Shown piece after piece: positions 27,710-37,426 of a DNA stretch of 64,000 nt. Position 1 is the first letter of the stretch. Every line of letters begins with the position of its first letter. The notes under the pieces were generated by a model that saw only the letters and a program-made list of their open reading frames with translations, was not told the origin of the DNA and searched no databases. The position numbers were made by a program, and so were the translations under genes. This DNA comes from Candidatus Eiseniibacteriota bacterium (GTDB lineage Bacteria; Eisenbacteria; RBG-16-71-46): contig OY970178.1 of NCBI GenBank assembly GCA_963707915.1, positions 2,976,001-3,040,000 of the forward strand. The letters run 5' to 3'.

Positions 27710-28878
27710 GGCCGCACGCCCTGGCCGGCCTTCCGCACCAGCACCTTCGCGCCCGGCGCGAGCCGGAACTGCCCGTCGGTCACCACCGTCTCGCCGGGCT
27801 TGAGCCCGGACGCGAGCACGGCCGTCACGTCGTCGGTGCGCTTCACCACGACCGGCCGCGGGGTCGCCGTCGAGTCCGCGTTCAGCACGTAGACGTAGGC
27901 GCCCTGCTGGCCGTTGGTGACGGCCGGCGCCGGCACCACGATGCAGTCGGGCTCGACCGCGAGCACCAGGCGCACCTCCACGAACTCGCCCGGCCACAGC
28001 TTCCCGTCGCCGTTCGCGAACTCGCCCTTGAGCAGCAGCGTGCCGGTGGCCGGGTCCAGCGCGTTGTCCACGAAGGCGAGCCGGCCCGCGATGTCGGTCG
28101 AGTCGCCCGCCGAGACGCGCACCAGGACCCTCGGGGCCGCGTTGCGGTAGCGCTGGACCAGCGGGATCTGGTCCTGCGGCACGGTGAAGCCCACGCGGAT
28201 GGGCTGGACCCGGTTGACGGTCACCAGCGGCTCGCTGGTGCCGGCCTTGACCAGGTCGCCGACGTGCACGTTGAGCCGGCCGGTGCGTCCCGTGATCGGC
28301 GCGCGGATGCCGGAGAACTCCAGGTTGAGCCGCGCGTTCGCGACCGTGCCCGAGTCGGCCCGCACCGAGGCCTGCAGGGCGTCGGCCGCGGCCGTCGCCT
28401 TGTCGTGGTCCGCGGCGGAGATGAGGTTCTGCTCGAGCAGCCGGTCGGCGCGCTCGGCGTCCAGCCGCGCGCTCTGCAGTTGCGCCAGGTCGCGGGCCAG
28501 CACGCCGCTGGCCTGCTCGAGCGCCGCGCGGAAGGGCCGCGCGTCCAGCTCGATCAGCGTCTGCCCCGCCCGCACGTCCTGGCCTTCGCGGAAGGCGATG
28601 CGCACGACCACCCCGCCGACCTGCGAGCCCACGTCGGCCGTCTCGACCGGCTCGATCGTGCCCGTGGTGATGATCTGCACCGGCATGCGGCGCTGCTCGG
28701 CGCGCGCGACCGTGACCGCCACGCGCGGCTGGCGCTGCGCCTTCTTCGCCCCGCAGCCCGGGAGCGCCGCGAGCAGCAGCAGGGCCGCGCAGGCCGCGAG
28801 CAGGGCCCCGGCCGCCGGGCGCGGGGACCGCGTTCCGGGGCGGGAGGGTGACGTTCGTTCGAGCGCTTCGAATCGCAT
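27706..28878 (-). CDS. RND membrane fusion protein (MdtA-like lipoprotein)
   Basis: Lipobox LPGC, QVGG.V....FREGQ.V..G, IRAPITGR.G, VDN..D..TGT, GL.PGE.VV.DG. Confidence 0.93.
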   Translation of the reverse strand: MRFEALERTSPSRPGTRSPRPAAGALLAACAALLLLAALPGCGAKKAQRQPRVAVTVARAEQRRMPVQIITTGTIEPVETADVGSQVGGVVVRIAFREGQDVRAGQTLIELDARPFRAALEQASGVLARDLAQLQSARLDAERADRLLEQNLISAADHDKATAAADALQASVRADSGTVANARLNLEFSGIRAPITGRTGRLNVHVGDLVKAGTSEPLVTVNRVQPIRVGFTVPQDQIPLVQRYRNAAPRVLVRVSAGDSTDIAGRLAFVDNALDPATGTLLLKGEFANGDGKLWPGEFVEVRLVLAVEPDCIVVPAPAVTNGQQGAYVYVLNADSTATPRPVVVKRTDDVTAVLASGLKPGETVVTDGQFRLAPGAKVLVRKAGQGVRP

Positions 28879-29030
28879 GGGTTCGTTCCCGTCATCCCGC
28901 GCCGTCGCGCAGGCCTGTGGGTGGAGTGGCGTGCAACCAGGGCAACAGGGGCCTCCACACTATACAACGCTGCGAGCCGACGACGACACGCGCCGGGGCG
29001 CGGGAACGCGGTCCGGGAGCCCTGCCGGCT

Positions 29031-30494
29031 TCAAGGCTTTGTCAAGGATGCGCCCGCCGGCCGCATGCTCTCCGGCGGATGGGCGACCAGGGCGTCGAGC
29101 GCCGCCTCGTTGATGACCGTCGTCCGGCACGCCGCGCGCGCCCGTGCCACCAGCGCCAGCGTCAGCCGCTCGCCCTCCTCGCCGTTCCAGCGCTGCGCCA
29201 CCAGGTCGCGCACCTCCGCGAACGGACGTCCCCGTCCCGGGACCACCGCGATCACCCGCGCCACCGCCCAGCCCCCCGCCGTCTCGTCCGGGCCCAGCAC
29301 CGCCCCCGGGCCCGCGCGCAGCGCGCGCCCGAAGAGCGCGCTGTCCTCCTCCGCGCTCACGTCCACCGACCACTCCACGCCCGCCCGCCGCGCCCCCGCC
29401 GCCAGGCTCTCCGCCCCCGCCGCCTCCGCCAGGCGCAGCGCCATCGTGCCCGCCTCCGCGCGGCTGCCCAGCACCACGCGCACCAGCCGCACGCGGGTCG
29501 GCAGCATCCAGTGCCGCTCGGTGTCGCGGTAGAAGCGGGACAGCGTGACCGAGTCCGTCGCGATGCGCGCGTAGACCTCGCGGTCGACCAGGCGCGAGAC
29601 GTCGTTGAGGTCGCGCTGGTTCGCGAGCCGCTGCGCGATGTCCGGCCGCTGCTCGAGCCCCCGTCCCGCGCCCTCGCGGCGCAGCAGCTGCTCGAACAGC
29701 CCGTTCATCACCAGCTCGCGCACCTCCTCCGTCGTCGCGACGCGCGGGCGGTAGATCGGGTTCAGCCTGCGCCACGCGGCCAGCAGGTCGCCGGCCCGGA
29801 AGTCGCCGGCGGCGGAGCGCGCCACCACCCGTCCCGTGTCGGTCGGGTCCACGCGGGGGCTGGCGCCGAGCATGCGCAGCTGGGCGACGACCGAGGAGTC
29901 CGCGGTCGGGCGTTCGAGCGCGGCGAAAGCCAGCGCGAGCCGTGCCAGCAGCGGCTCGTCGTAGACCGGCCCGAGCCGCTCCATCGCCCGTTCCCGCGCC
30001 GCCACGCCCAGCGCCTGCCGGTCGAGCGAGTCGCCCGCCGGGCCCAGCGCCCGACGCGTCGCGGAGAGCGCCGAATCCAGCATGACCTCCACCACCAGCC
30101 GGTCACGCAGGGTCTCGAACGAGACGCTCTCGCGGGCCGTCCAGGTCCAGCGCTCGCGGGCAGCCAGCAGGCCCAGCGCCTCCTTGTCGAGCAGAAGCTC
30201 GAGAAACCGCCGCGCCCCGACCGGGGTAAGCGAATCAGGCCTCGCGGGCGGCGCGAGCCGGGACCAGGCGCGGACGAAGGCCGCCCGGCCGATCTCGCGG
30301 CCGGGCTCGCCGGGCCGGCCGCTCCCGATCAACGCCAGGACGCTGTCGGGAAGGCTGACGCCCGGGGCGTGTGCGCCCCGCCGTGGCCGGGCCTCGCCCG
30401 GCCCCGGGAGCAGCGCCGCGGACACCAGGAGCAGCAGGCCGAGGAGCGCCCGGGATGCCCGGGGAAGGGAGCTCGATCTTGCGATGCGCGACAT
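29031..30494 (-). CDS. SurA/PrsA-like chaperone, paralog of 22687-24516
   Basis: Shares PD.(V/A)L, F...W......RP, FL....DKE.L...A and P..RP motifs with the other copy; signal peptide. Confidence 0.68.
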   Translation of the reverse strand: MSRIARSSSLPRASRALLGLLLLVSAALLPGPGEARPRRGAHAPGVSLPDSVLALIGSGRPGEPGREIGRAAFVRAWSRLAPPARPDSLTPVGARRFLELLLDKEALGLLAARERWTWTARESVSFETLRDRLVVEVMLDSALSATRRALGPAGDSLDRQALGVAARERAMERLGPVYDEPLLARLALAFAALERPTADSSVVAQLRMLGASPRVDPTDTGRVVARSAAGDFRAGDLLAAWRRLNPIYRPRVATTEEVRELVMNGLFEQLLRREGAGRGLEQRPDIAQRLANQRDLNDVSRLVDREVYARIATDSVTLSRFYRDTERHWMLPTRVRLVRVVLGSRAEAGTMALRLAEAAGAESLAAGARRAGVEWSVDVSAEEDSALFGRALRAGPGAVLGPDETAGGWAVARVIAVVPGRGRPFAEVRDLVAQRWNGEEGERLTLALVARARAACRTTVINEAALDALVAHPPESMRPAGASLTKP

Positions 30495-30598
30495 GGGGCC
30501 TCCGGGGACGCTTGGGGTCGGCGAGCCGGCAGTCTAGCCCGGTCCGTTCGCGGGTCGCCAGTTGGTCCGGGGCCGCTCCAGCGCCTACGCTGCGGGGC

Positions 30599-31273
30599 GT
30601 GATCGGCCCCCTCGCGGAACCTGCCCTGCTCGGCTTCTCGTCCGGCCTCGTGTGCCTCGCCGCCTGCGGCCCGGTGCTGCTGCCCTGGCTGGCCGCCGAG
30701 GGCGTGGGACTGCGCGGGACCGGCGCGCTGCTCGGCCGCTTCCTCGGCGGGCGGCTCGCGGGCTACCTCGCCTTCGCCACGATGGCCTGGGCGCTCGGTC
30801 TCGCGCTGCCGTTGCCCGCGGGCCTCGAGGCTTGGAGGTTCGGCGCCGTCCACCTGGCGCTCGCCGCGGCCCTCGCGTGGTACGCCCTCTCGACCCTGCG
30901 GCCGCGACCCGCGACGTGCGCGGGCGGGCTCTCCGCCCCGCGCCGCCGCGCCCTGGCGGTGCGCTTCCGCGCGGCCGGTCCGGCCGTGCTGGGGTTCCTC
31001 TCCGGCCTCAACCTCTGCCCGCCGTTCCTCGTGGCCGGGGTGCGCGCCGCGCAGCAGCACAGCCTGCCCGGTGCGCTGGAATTCTTCGCGCTCTTCTTCG
31101 CGGGCACGCTGGTCTGGTTCCTGCCCTTCCTGGGCGTGAGCGCCGTGCGCCGCTTCACCGGCCTGCGGCTGGTCGCGCGCTTCACCACCCTGCTGGTCGC
31201 CGCGTACTACGGCTACCTCGGCAGCGTCACGATGGGAGCGGCGCTTCTCCATGCCTGGCACGAACGCTCCTGA
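30599..31273 (+). CDS. TauE/DsbD_2-like membrane protein
   Basis: G..C...CGP, GRL.GY, GFLSGL..CPP, FF.GT; about six TMs; GTG start. Confidence 0.8.
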   Translation: MIGPLAEPALLGFSSGLVCLAACGPVLLPWLAAEGVGLRGTGALLGRFLGGRLAGYLAFATMAWALGLALPLPAGLEAWRFGAVHLALAAALAWYALSTLRPRPATCAGGLSAPRRRALAVRFRAAGPAVLGFLSGLNLCPPFLVAGVRAAQQHSLPGALEFFALFFAGTLVWFLPFLGVSAVRRFTGLRLVARFTTLLVAAYYGYLGSVTMGAALLHAWHERS

Positions 31274-33089
31274 CGCCGGCGCGCCGCCGGGGCTGCGGGT
31301 CCGCGCGCTCTCGCTGGGGCTGCTGGGGGCGGCGGTGCTGGCGGCGTTCGCCGGGGTGCTGCGCAACGGCTGGGTCTTGGTCGACGACCCGGCCTACGTG
31401 ACGCAGAACCCGTACGTCACGGGCGGTCTGACGGCGCGCGGGCTGGGGTGGTTCCTGCGGCAGCCGCACGGCGGCAACTGGCACCCGCTGACCTCGCTGT
31501 CGCACCTGGTCGACGTGCAACTGTTCGGGCTGGCGCCGGCGGGGCACCACGCGGTGAGCCTGGCGCTGCACCTGGTGAACGTGCTGCTGCTGGTGGTGGT
31601 GCTGCAGCGGCTGAGCGGGGCGTGGTGGCGCAGCCTGCTGGTGGGGGCGTTGTTCGGGCTGCACCCGCTGCGGGTCGAGTCGGTGGCGTGGGTGGCGGAG
31701 CGCAAGGACGTGTTGAGCGGGCTGTTCTTCCTGCTGGTGTTGTGGAGCTACGCGCGCTGGGCGGCGCGGCCGGGCGCGGGGCGCTACGCGCTGGTGGTGG
31801 TGGCGCTGGGGCTGGGACTGATGTCGAAGCCGATGCTGGTGACGGTGCCGTGCGTGCTGGTGCTGGTGGACGTGTGGCCGCTGGGGCGGCTGCGGGGCGG
31901 GTGGCGTGGGGCGGGCGGCGCGGGGGCGCGGCCGCTGGCGGGGCTGGTGGCGGAGAAGTGGCCGCTGTTCGCGCTGGCGGCGGCGGCGGCGGTGGTGACC
32001 TTCGTGGTGCAGCGGCAGAGCGGGGCGGTGGCGGCGCTGGAGACGGTGGGCGCGGGGGCGCGGGCGGGCAACGCGCTGCTGTCGATCTGGCGCTACGCGG
32101 GCGCGACGCTGTGGCCGGCGGGGCTGGCGGCGTTCTACCCGCTGCGGGTGACGGTGGATCCGTGGGCGGTGGGGGCGGCGGCGGCGGGGCTGGTGGGGGT
32201 GACGGGGCTGGCGCTGCGCTGGCGGGGGGAGCGGCCGTACCTGGCGGTGGGGTGGCTGTGGTACGTGGGGATGCTGGTGCCGGTGCTGGGGCTGGTGCAG
32301 GTCGGGATGCAGGCTCACGCCGACCGTTACACCTACCTGCCGGGGATCGGGCTGCTGGTGGCGGGGGTGTGGGGGGTGTCGGACGGGCTGGCCGGGCACG
32401 CGCGGGCGCGGCGGGTGGCGGTGGCGGGGGTGGTGGTCGCGCTGGCGGCGCTCGGCGTGGCGACGGCGCGGCAGGTGGCGCTGTGGCGGGACACGCGCAC
32501 GCTGTTCACCCACGCCCGGCGCGTCACCGGCGAGAACGTCGTGACGATCGAGATGCTGGGCATGGCGGACATGCTGCAGGGCCGCAGGGCGGAGGGCCTC
32601 GCGTTGCTGCGCCGCGGCGTCGCGCTCGCCCCGGCCCACCCGCTGGCGCGGCTCAACCTCGCCACCGCCCTGCTCGACCTGCCGGGCCACGACGCGGAGG
32701 CGGCCGGGCACCTGCGGGAGGTGCTCCGCCGGTATCCCTCGAACGGCGAGGCGCTGAACGGCCTGGCGTGGCTCCTGGCGACCAGCCCCGACTCGTCGGT
32801 GCGCGACGGCCGGGAGGCCGAACGGCTGGCGGAACGGGCCCTGCAGGTGGGCGGATCCGACGATCCGGGCCTGCTCGACACGCAGGCCGCGGCGCAGGCG
32901 ACGGCCGGGCGGACCGACGCGGCGGTCGCCACCGCGCGCCGGGCGCTGGAGCTGGCGCAGCGCGCCGGGAACGACACGCTGGCCGCCGCCATCCGCGGCC
33001 GGCTCGCATCGTTCGAGCGCGGCCGCGCGTGGGTGGATTCCACCCGCGCCGCCCCGGTGCAGCGGGGCGACGATGGTGCGCCGCAATGA
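31251..33089 (+). CDS. TMTC-like GT-C membrane protein with C-terminal TPRs (putative protein O-glycosyltransferase)
   Basis: DD..YV..N, NWHPLT.LS, LHPL.VESVAW..ERKD.L, SKPM.V, ADRY.Y.P, W.D...L, then TPR-like repeats. Confidence 0.85.
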   Translation: MPGTNAPDAGAPPGLRVRALSLGLLGAAVLAAFAGVLRNGWVLVDDPAYVTQNPYVTGGLTARGLGWFLRQPHGGNWHPLTSLSHLVDVQLFGLAPAGHHAVSLALHLVNVLLLVVVLQRLSGAWWRSLLVGALFGLHPLRVESVAWVAERKDVLSGLFFLLVLWSYARWAARPGAGRYALVVVALGLGLMSKPMLVTVPCVLVLVDVWPLGRLRGGWRGAGGAGARPLAGLVAEKWPLFALAAAAAVVTFVVQRQSGAVAALETVGAGARAGNALLSIWRYAGATLWPAGLAAFYPLRVTVDPWAVGAAAAGLVGVTGLALRWRGERPYLAVGWLWYVGMLVPVLGLVQVGMQAHADRYTYLPGIGLLVAGVWGVSDGLAGHARARRVAVAGVVVALAALGVATARQVALWRDTRTLFTHARRVTGENVVTIEMLGMADMLQGRRAEGLALLRRGVALAPAHPLARLNLATALLDLPGHDAEAAGHLREVLRRYPSNGEALNGLAWLLATSPDSSVRDGREAERLAERALQVGGSDDPGLLDTQAAAQATAGRTDAAVATARRALELAQRAGNDTLAAAIRGRLASFERGRAWVDSTRAAPVQRGDDGAPQ

Positions 33090-33133
33090 CCTGGAGGTAC
33101 GCAGCTCCCGTTGCGATCGTCCGGAGGTCCCCC

Positions 33134-33163
33134 TTGACCCTGTTCGAGACGCGTCCCTACACT
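33134..33163 (+). promoter_or_regulatory. Sigma70-like promoter of C25 gene
   Basis: TTGACC-N18-TACACT, 9 nt before ATG 33173. Confidence 0.55.
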
Positions 33164-33172
33164 GTGCGCTTC

Positions 33173-36100
33173 ATGCGAGTGATCCCGTCGTTCTTGAAGG
33201 CGGCTGCGGCGGTCGCGCTGCTGCTCCTGCCGGCCGCCGCCGCCCGCGCCCAGTCCCTGCGGGTGATCGCCACCGACCCGCGCGGCGTCACGCTGCGGCT
33301 GGAACTCCCGGGCTACCGGCTTTCGCCGCCGCTCCCCGACGGTCGCGTCGAGCTGAGCGTGTCCGGCTACGCGGTCACCAGTCTCGAGGGGCGGCCCCAC
33401 CTGCCCTACGCGCAGGCGCTGGTGGCGTTGCCGCCGGGCGCCGGGGCGACGGCCCGGATCGTGGAGCCGGGCGAGGAGGAGGTCCGCGACGGCCTGCGAC
33501 TGGCGCTGGGTGCGAAGCCGGTGATGGAAGCGGGGCCCGACGGCTTCGGTCCCTCGCCCGCGCGCGAGCCGGTGCCGCCCATCCTCGACGGGCCGTGGCC
33601 CGCCACGCCGGTCGAGCTGGGCGATCCCGTCACCGTGCGCCGCCAGCGCCTGGTGGCCGTGCAGGTCCGGCCGTTCCGCTACGACGAGGCCGCCGGCCGG
33701 CTCTGGGTGCGCCGCTCGCTCACCGTGCGCGTGGACTTCACCGGCCTGGCGCCGGGGGCCGCGGTGGCCCCCACGACCGACAGCCACTGGGAGCCCGTCT
33801 TCCGCAGCTCGCTCGCCAACTACGAGCAGGGGCGCAGTTGGCGGGCGCCGCAGCCGGCCGCGGCCGCCTCGCCGGCGGTCGGGCTGCCCGGCGACCGCGC
33901 CGCCCTGCCCGCGGCGCTGCGCGGCGTGGCCGCCTTCGACGAGAGCGAGCCCGAGGTGCGCATCAAGGTGGACTCGACCGGGGTCTACGCCTTCCCGTAC
34001 GCCGAGCTGGCGGCCCAGGGCTACCCGGCGGGGGTGCCGGTGGGCGAGGTCAGCCTGCACCGGCACGAGTACGTCGGACCGGTCGACCCCGCCTACGTCA
34101 CGATCGAGCTGCCCATCGAAGTGAACGACGGCAACGCGAACGGCGTGTTCGACGCGGGCGACGACATCGTCGTCTTCGTGCCCAACTGGGTCGAGCGCTC
34201 GGGCGTGACCTCGATGATGCAACGCGACTGGGGCGACGCCGAGGTGGTCTTCGCCACGCGGCTCGCCGGCGGCGCGGGCCTGCGCCTGCCGACCCGCGCC
34301 GGCTGGCGCGACGCGGTGAGCCCGGAGCTGCTCGCCTCGTACCCGTGGACCCAGCGCTGGGAGCGCACGCTGGTCTACTTCGCCTACCCTTCGCCGGTCG
34401 ACACCGCGATCGTGGACCGCTTCCTGTGGACCAACTACTTCACCTACTACGACCGGCCCGACACCTACCGCTTCGAGGTCAACCACCTCGATCCATCGCG
34501 CAGCGTCACCTTCCGCACCCGGCTGCAGGGGGAGAGCAACGAGCCCCACGTCATGTTCGGGCGGATCCGGAACGGCGGGGCGCAGGTCGCGACCGTGGTG
34601 GACTCGGTGGTCTGGTACACCAAGGATCCGCAGACCCTGTCGGCGACCCTGCCCGGCACGGCGGTGACCGAGGGCCTCACCAATTCCCTCGCGCTGTGGG
34701 GCAAGGGATCGACCTCGGCCCCCAGCGCGGCGACCCCGATCTGCAAGGCCGCGCTCGACTGGTTCGAGCTCACCTACTGGCGCTCCTACCGCGCGCTCGC
34801 GGGCTACCTCGCGGCCGGCAGCGGCACCGCCGCCGGGGAGTACCAGGTGCACGCCACCGGCTTCTCCTCGCCGGCGATCCGGGTCTACGACGTGACCGAC
34901 CCGGTGGGCCCGGTGCGGCTCACCCTGGACGCGAGCCACATCGTTCCGGACGGCGCCGAGTACGCGCTCGACTTCCAGGACCTCGCCGGCGCGGGCCCGC
35001 GCCGCTACGTGGTCTTCGACCGCCCGAAGACGCTGCCTTCCGCGGCCTACTCCGGGGTCACGCGCCGGCAGCTCACCGCGGCCGCCGGGGAGCTCGACTA
35101 CGTGGTCGTCGTGCCCGAGGCCTTCCTGGCCGCGGTGGACCCGCTGGTCGCGCTGCGCCAGTCGCAGGGGCTCGGCACGATCGTGGCCCCGCTCGAGTCG
35201 GTGTACGACGAATTCAACGGCGGGCGCAAGTCCCGCTGGGCCCTCAAGCGTTTCCTGCGCTACGCGACGGAGCGCTGGAACTCGCGCTTCGTCGTGCTGG
35301 TCGGCGACGGCAGCTCCGACCCGCGGAACCTGCTCCACACCGCCGGCACGGACTACGTCCCCTGCGCGCTCATCCCCGGGCCGGTCTCCTCCGGCGTGCT
35401 CGGGCTCGAGATGATCCCGGCCGACCCGTGGTACGGCTGGTGCCTGACCGATGACCCGGCGTGCACGAGCTCGAACCTGATGGAGCCCGACCTGTTCGTC
35501 GGGCGCCTGCCGGTGAACTCGCTCCAGCAGGCCCGTGACGTGGTGGCGAAGCTGGTCGCCTACGAGGGCTTCGACGCCGCCGCGATCTGGCGCCGCCGCA
35601 TGATGCTGCTCGCGGACGACTGCTACTCGGGCGTGAGCACCTTCGGTGGGGGCGGCGGGACCGGGTACTGCTTCCGCGGCTACGAGATCGCCTTCCGCCT
35701 GCTCAACCAGGCGGTGCGGGCGGTCATCGCCGATTCGTCGGGGATGAGCCTGGCGAGCCCCGAGGTGGTCGACCTGCGCTCCTACCTGACCGACCCCTCG
35801 CTCTACCAGGTCAACGGGCCCGGCGACACCTGCCGCGTCGGCCCCTCCGGCGGGCCGGCCCGGGCCGAGGAGATCCTGCGCGCCAGCTTCGACCCGGTGT
35901 TCTTCCAGAAGCTGAACGAGGGCGTGCTCTGGTGGAACTACCAGGGTCACGCGAATCCCTACGTGCTCTCCCACGAGGGCTTCTACCGCAACCAGGGGAT
36001 GACCCAGGACCGCGACAACTTCATGAACGACGGGAAGCTGTTCCTGTTCTCGGCCTTCTCCTGCCATGCGAACGCGTTCGCGGACGTGTCCGAGGGCTCC

Positions 36101-37426
36101 GCCGCGCTCGGGCCCTCGCTGGGCGAGAACCTGCTGACCCTGCCCTCGCGCGGGGCGATCGCCTCGTGGGCCTCCACCGGTTTCGAGATCGTGCCCTCGA
36201 ACAGCTCCTACCACCTGAACGTCGAGTTCGCCCGCTCGTTGTTCGTGGACCCGCCGCACGACGACGAGTTCGGGCGCGGGCTCGCGGACCGCGGCGCGCG
36301 CGTGCCGGTGGGCGAGGCCATCGCGCTGACCATGCTGAACTACCTGCCCACGGTGAGCCAGAACCCGAGCGAGCGCGGGGTCGGGCTCACCTACAACCTG
36401 CTCGGCGATCCCGCGACCCGGCTGTGGGTGGGGGCCGCGCAGATCACGGTGACCGCGAACGGCCAGCCCGTGACCAGCGGCGAGCCGGTGCGGCTGGCGA
36501 CCGGCGGCGACACGCTGCGGCTGGAGGCCGACCTGGTGTCCAACGTCGAGCTCCGCTCCATCGAGCTGCTGCGGACGGGCTGCGACGGGACGTCCGCGGT
36601 GCCGCCCGGGCAATACACGCTGACCCCGGCGTTCCCCGACACGGCGCCCGGCGGGCTGGGTGGACGACGCTATCACCTCTCGTACGCCACGACGCTCGCC
36701 ACCAGCTCGCTGCGCTACACGCTGCGGCCCACCGACCGCTACGGCGTGGCCCAGGCGTTCGACATCGTCTTCGAGTTCACGACCGAGCTGTTCGCGGGCG
36801 ACGTGCCGGTGCGGCCGAACGACGTGGTGGCCCCGGACGCGGCACTCGGCCTGCTCGTGCTCTCGCCGGGCCTGCTCGATCCCGACAGCCTGCGCCTCTC
36901 GGTGGATGGGCTGCCGCAGCCCTTCACCTCCGCGCTGGCCCGCGGCGACACGACCGGGCGCCAGTACCGCCTCGCCTGGAGCCACGCGCCGTACGCGAAG
37001 GGCGCGCACAACGTCCAGCTCGAGGTCTCGTGCGGCCAGGTCAAGGAGCACCCCTTCCGGGTCGACCCGACGTTCGCGCTGCGCGACGTGCTGGCCTTCC
37101 CGAACCCCTTCGACGACGGACAGGGCACGTGCTTCAGCTTCACGATGACCGGGCAGGCCGCGTCCGACGTGCTGGTGCGCGTCTACACGGTGAGCGGGCG
37201 ACGCGTGCGCGACCTGCGCAGCGAGCCCGGCGGCCCGCTCCAGATCGGTGCCAACCAGGTCTGCTGGGACGGACTCGATGAGGAGGGACAGAAGCTTGCG
37301 AACGGCGTCTACTTCTACAAGCTGGTGGCCCACGGCCCCTCCGGCACGTCCTCGTACGAGGGCCGGCTGGTCAAGCTCCGCCGTCCGCGAAACACCTCCG
37401 ACGCGGCCGCCGGCGCGACTCCGTAG
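33173..37426 (+). CDS. C25 (gingipain/PorU-like) cysteine peptidase with propeptide-like N-terminus and FlgD/T9SS-CTD-like C-terminus
   Basis: Signal peptide; YDEFNGG, LVGD.S.D, D.WY, VGRLPV, NYQGH (His), FSCH (Cys), YNLLGDP; FPNPF...VYTVSGRRVR...WDG.D..G..LANGVYFYKL. Confidence 0.85.
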   Translation: MRVIPSFLKAAAAVALLLLPAAAARAQSLRVIATDPRGVTLRLELPGYRLSPPLPDGRVELSVSGYAVTSLEGRPHLPYAQALVALPPGAGATARIVEPGEEEVRDGLRLALGAKPVMEAGPDGFGPSPAREPVPPILDGPWPATPVELGDPVTVRRQRLVAVQVRPFRYDEAAGRLWVRRSLTVRVDFTGLAPGAAVAPTTDSHWEPVFRSSLANYEQGRSWRAPQPAAAASPAVGLPGDRAALPAALRGVAAFDESEPEVRIKVDSTGVYAFPYAELAAQGYPAGVPVGEVSLHRHEYVGPVDPAYVTIELPIEVNDGNANGVFDAGDDIVVFVPNWVERSGVTSMMQRDWGDAEVVFATRLAGGAGLRLPTRAGWRDAVSPELLASYPWTQRWERTLVYFAYPSPVDTAIVDRFLWTNYFTYYDRPDTYRFEVNHLDPSRSVTFRTRLQGESNEPHVMFGRIRNGGAQVATVVDSVVWYTKDPQTLSATLPGTAVTEGLTNSLALWGKGSTSAPSAATPICKAALDWFELTYWRSYRALAGYLAAGSGTAAGEYQVHATGFSSPAIRVYDVTDPVGPVRLTLDASHIVPDGAEYALDFQDLAGAGPRRYVVFDRPKTLPSAAYSGVTRRQLTAAAGELDYVVVVPEAFLAAVDPLVALRQSQGLGTIVAPLESVYDEFNGGRKSRWALKRFLRYATERWNSRFVVLVGDGSSDPRNLLHTAGTDYVPCALIPGPVSSGVLGLEMIPADPWYGWCLTDDPACTSSNLMEPDLFVGRLPVNSLQQARDVVAKLVAYEGFDAAAIWRRRMMLLADDCYSGVSTFGGGGGTGYCFRGYEIAFRLLNQAVRAVIADSSGMSLASPEVVDLRSYLTDPSLYQVNGPGDTCRVGPSGGPARAEEILRASFDPVFFQKLNEGVLWWNYQGHANPYVLSHEGFYRNQGMTQDRDNFMNDGKLFLFSAFSCHANAFADVSEGSAALGPSLGENLLTLPSRGAIASWASTGFEIVPSNSSYHLNVEFARSLFVDPPHDDEFGRGLADRGARVPVGEAIALTMLNYLPTVSQNPSERGVGLTYNLLGDPATRLWVGAAQITVTANGQPVTSGEPVRLATGGDTLRLEADLVSNVELRSIELLRTGCDGTSAVPPGQYTLTPAFPDTAPGGLGGRRYHLSYATTLATSSLRYTLRPTDRYGVAQAFDIVFEFTTELFAGDVPVRPNDVVAPDAALGLLVLSPGLLDPDSLRLSVDGLPQPFTSALARGDTTGRQYRLAWSHAPYAKGAHNVQLEVSCGQVKEHPFRVDPTFALRDVLAFPNPFDDGQGTCFSFTMTGQAASDVLVRVYTVSGRRVRDLRSEPGGPLQIGANQVCWDGLDEEGQKLANGVYFYKLVAHGPSGTSSYEGRLVKLRRPRNTSDAAAGATP

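Noticed and set aside
31448..33172. 1992-aa version of the C25 ORF
   Set aside because: The extension is an alternative frame of the G-rich TMTC-like gene; promoter and signal peptide support ATG 33173.
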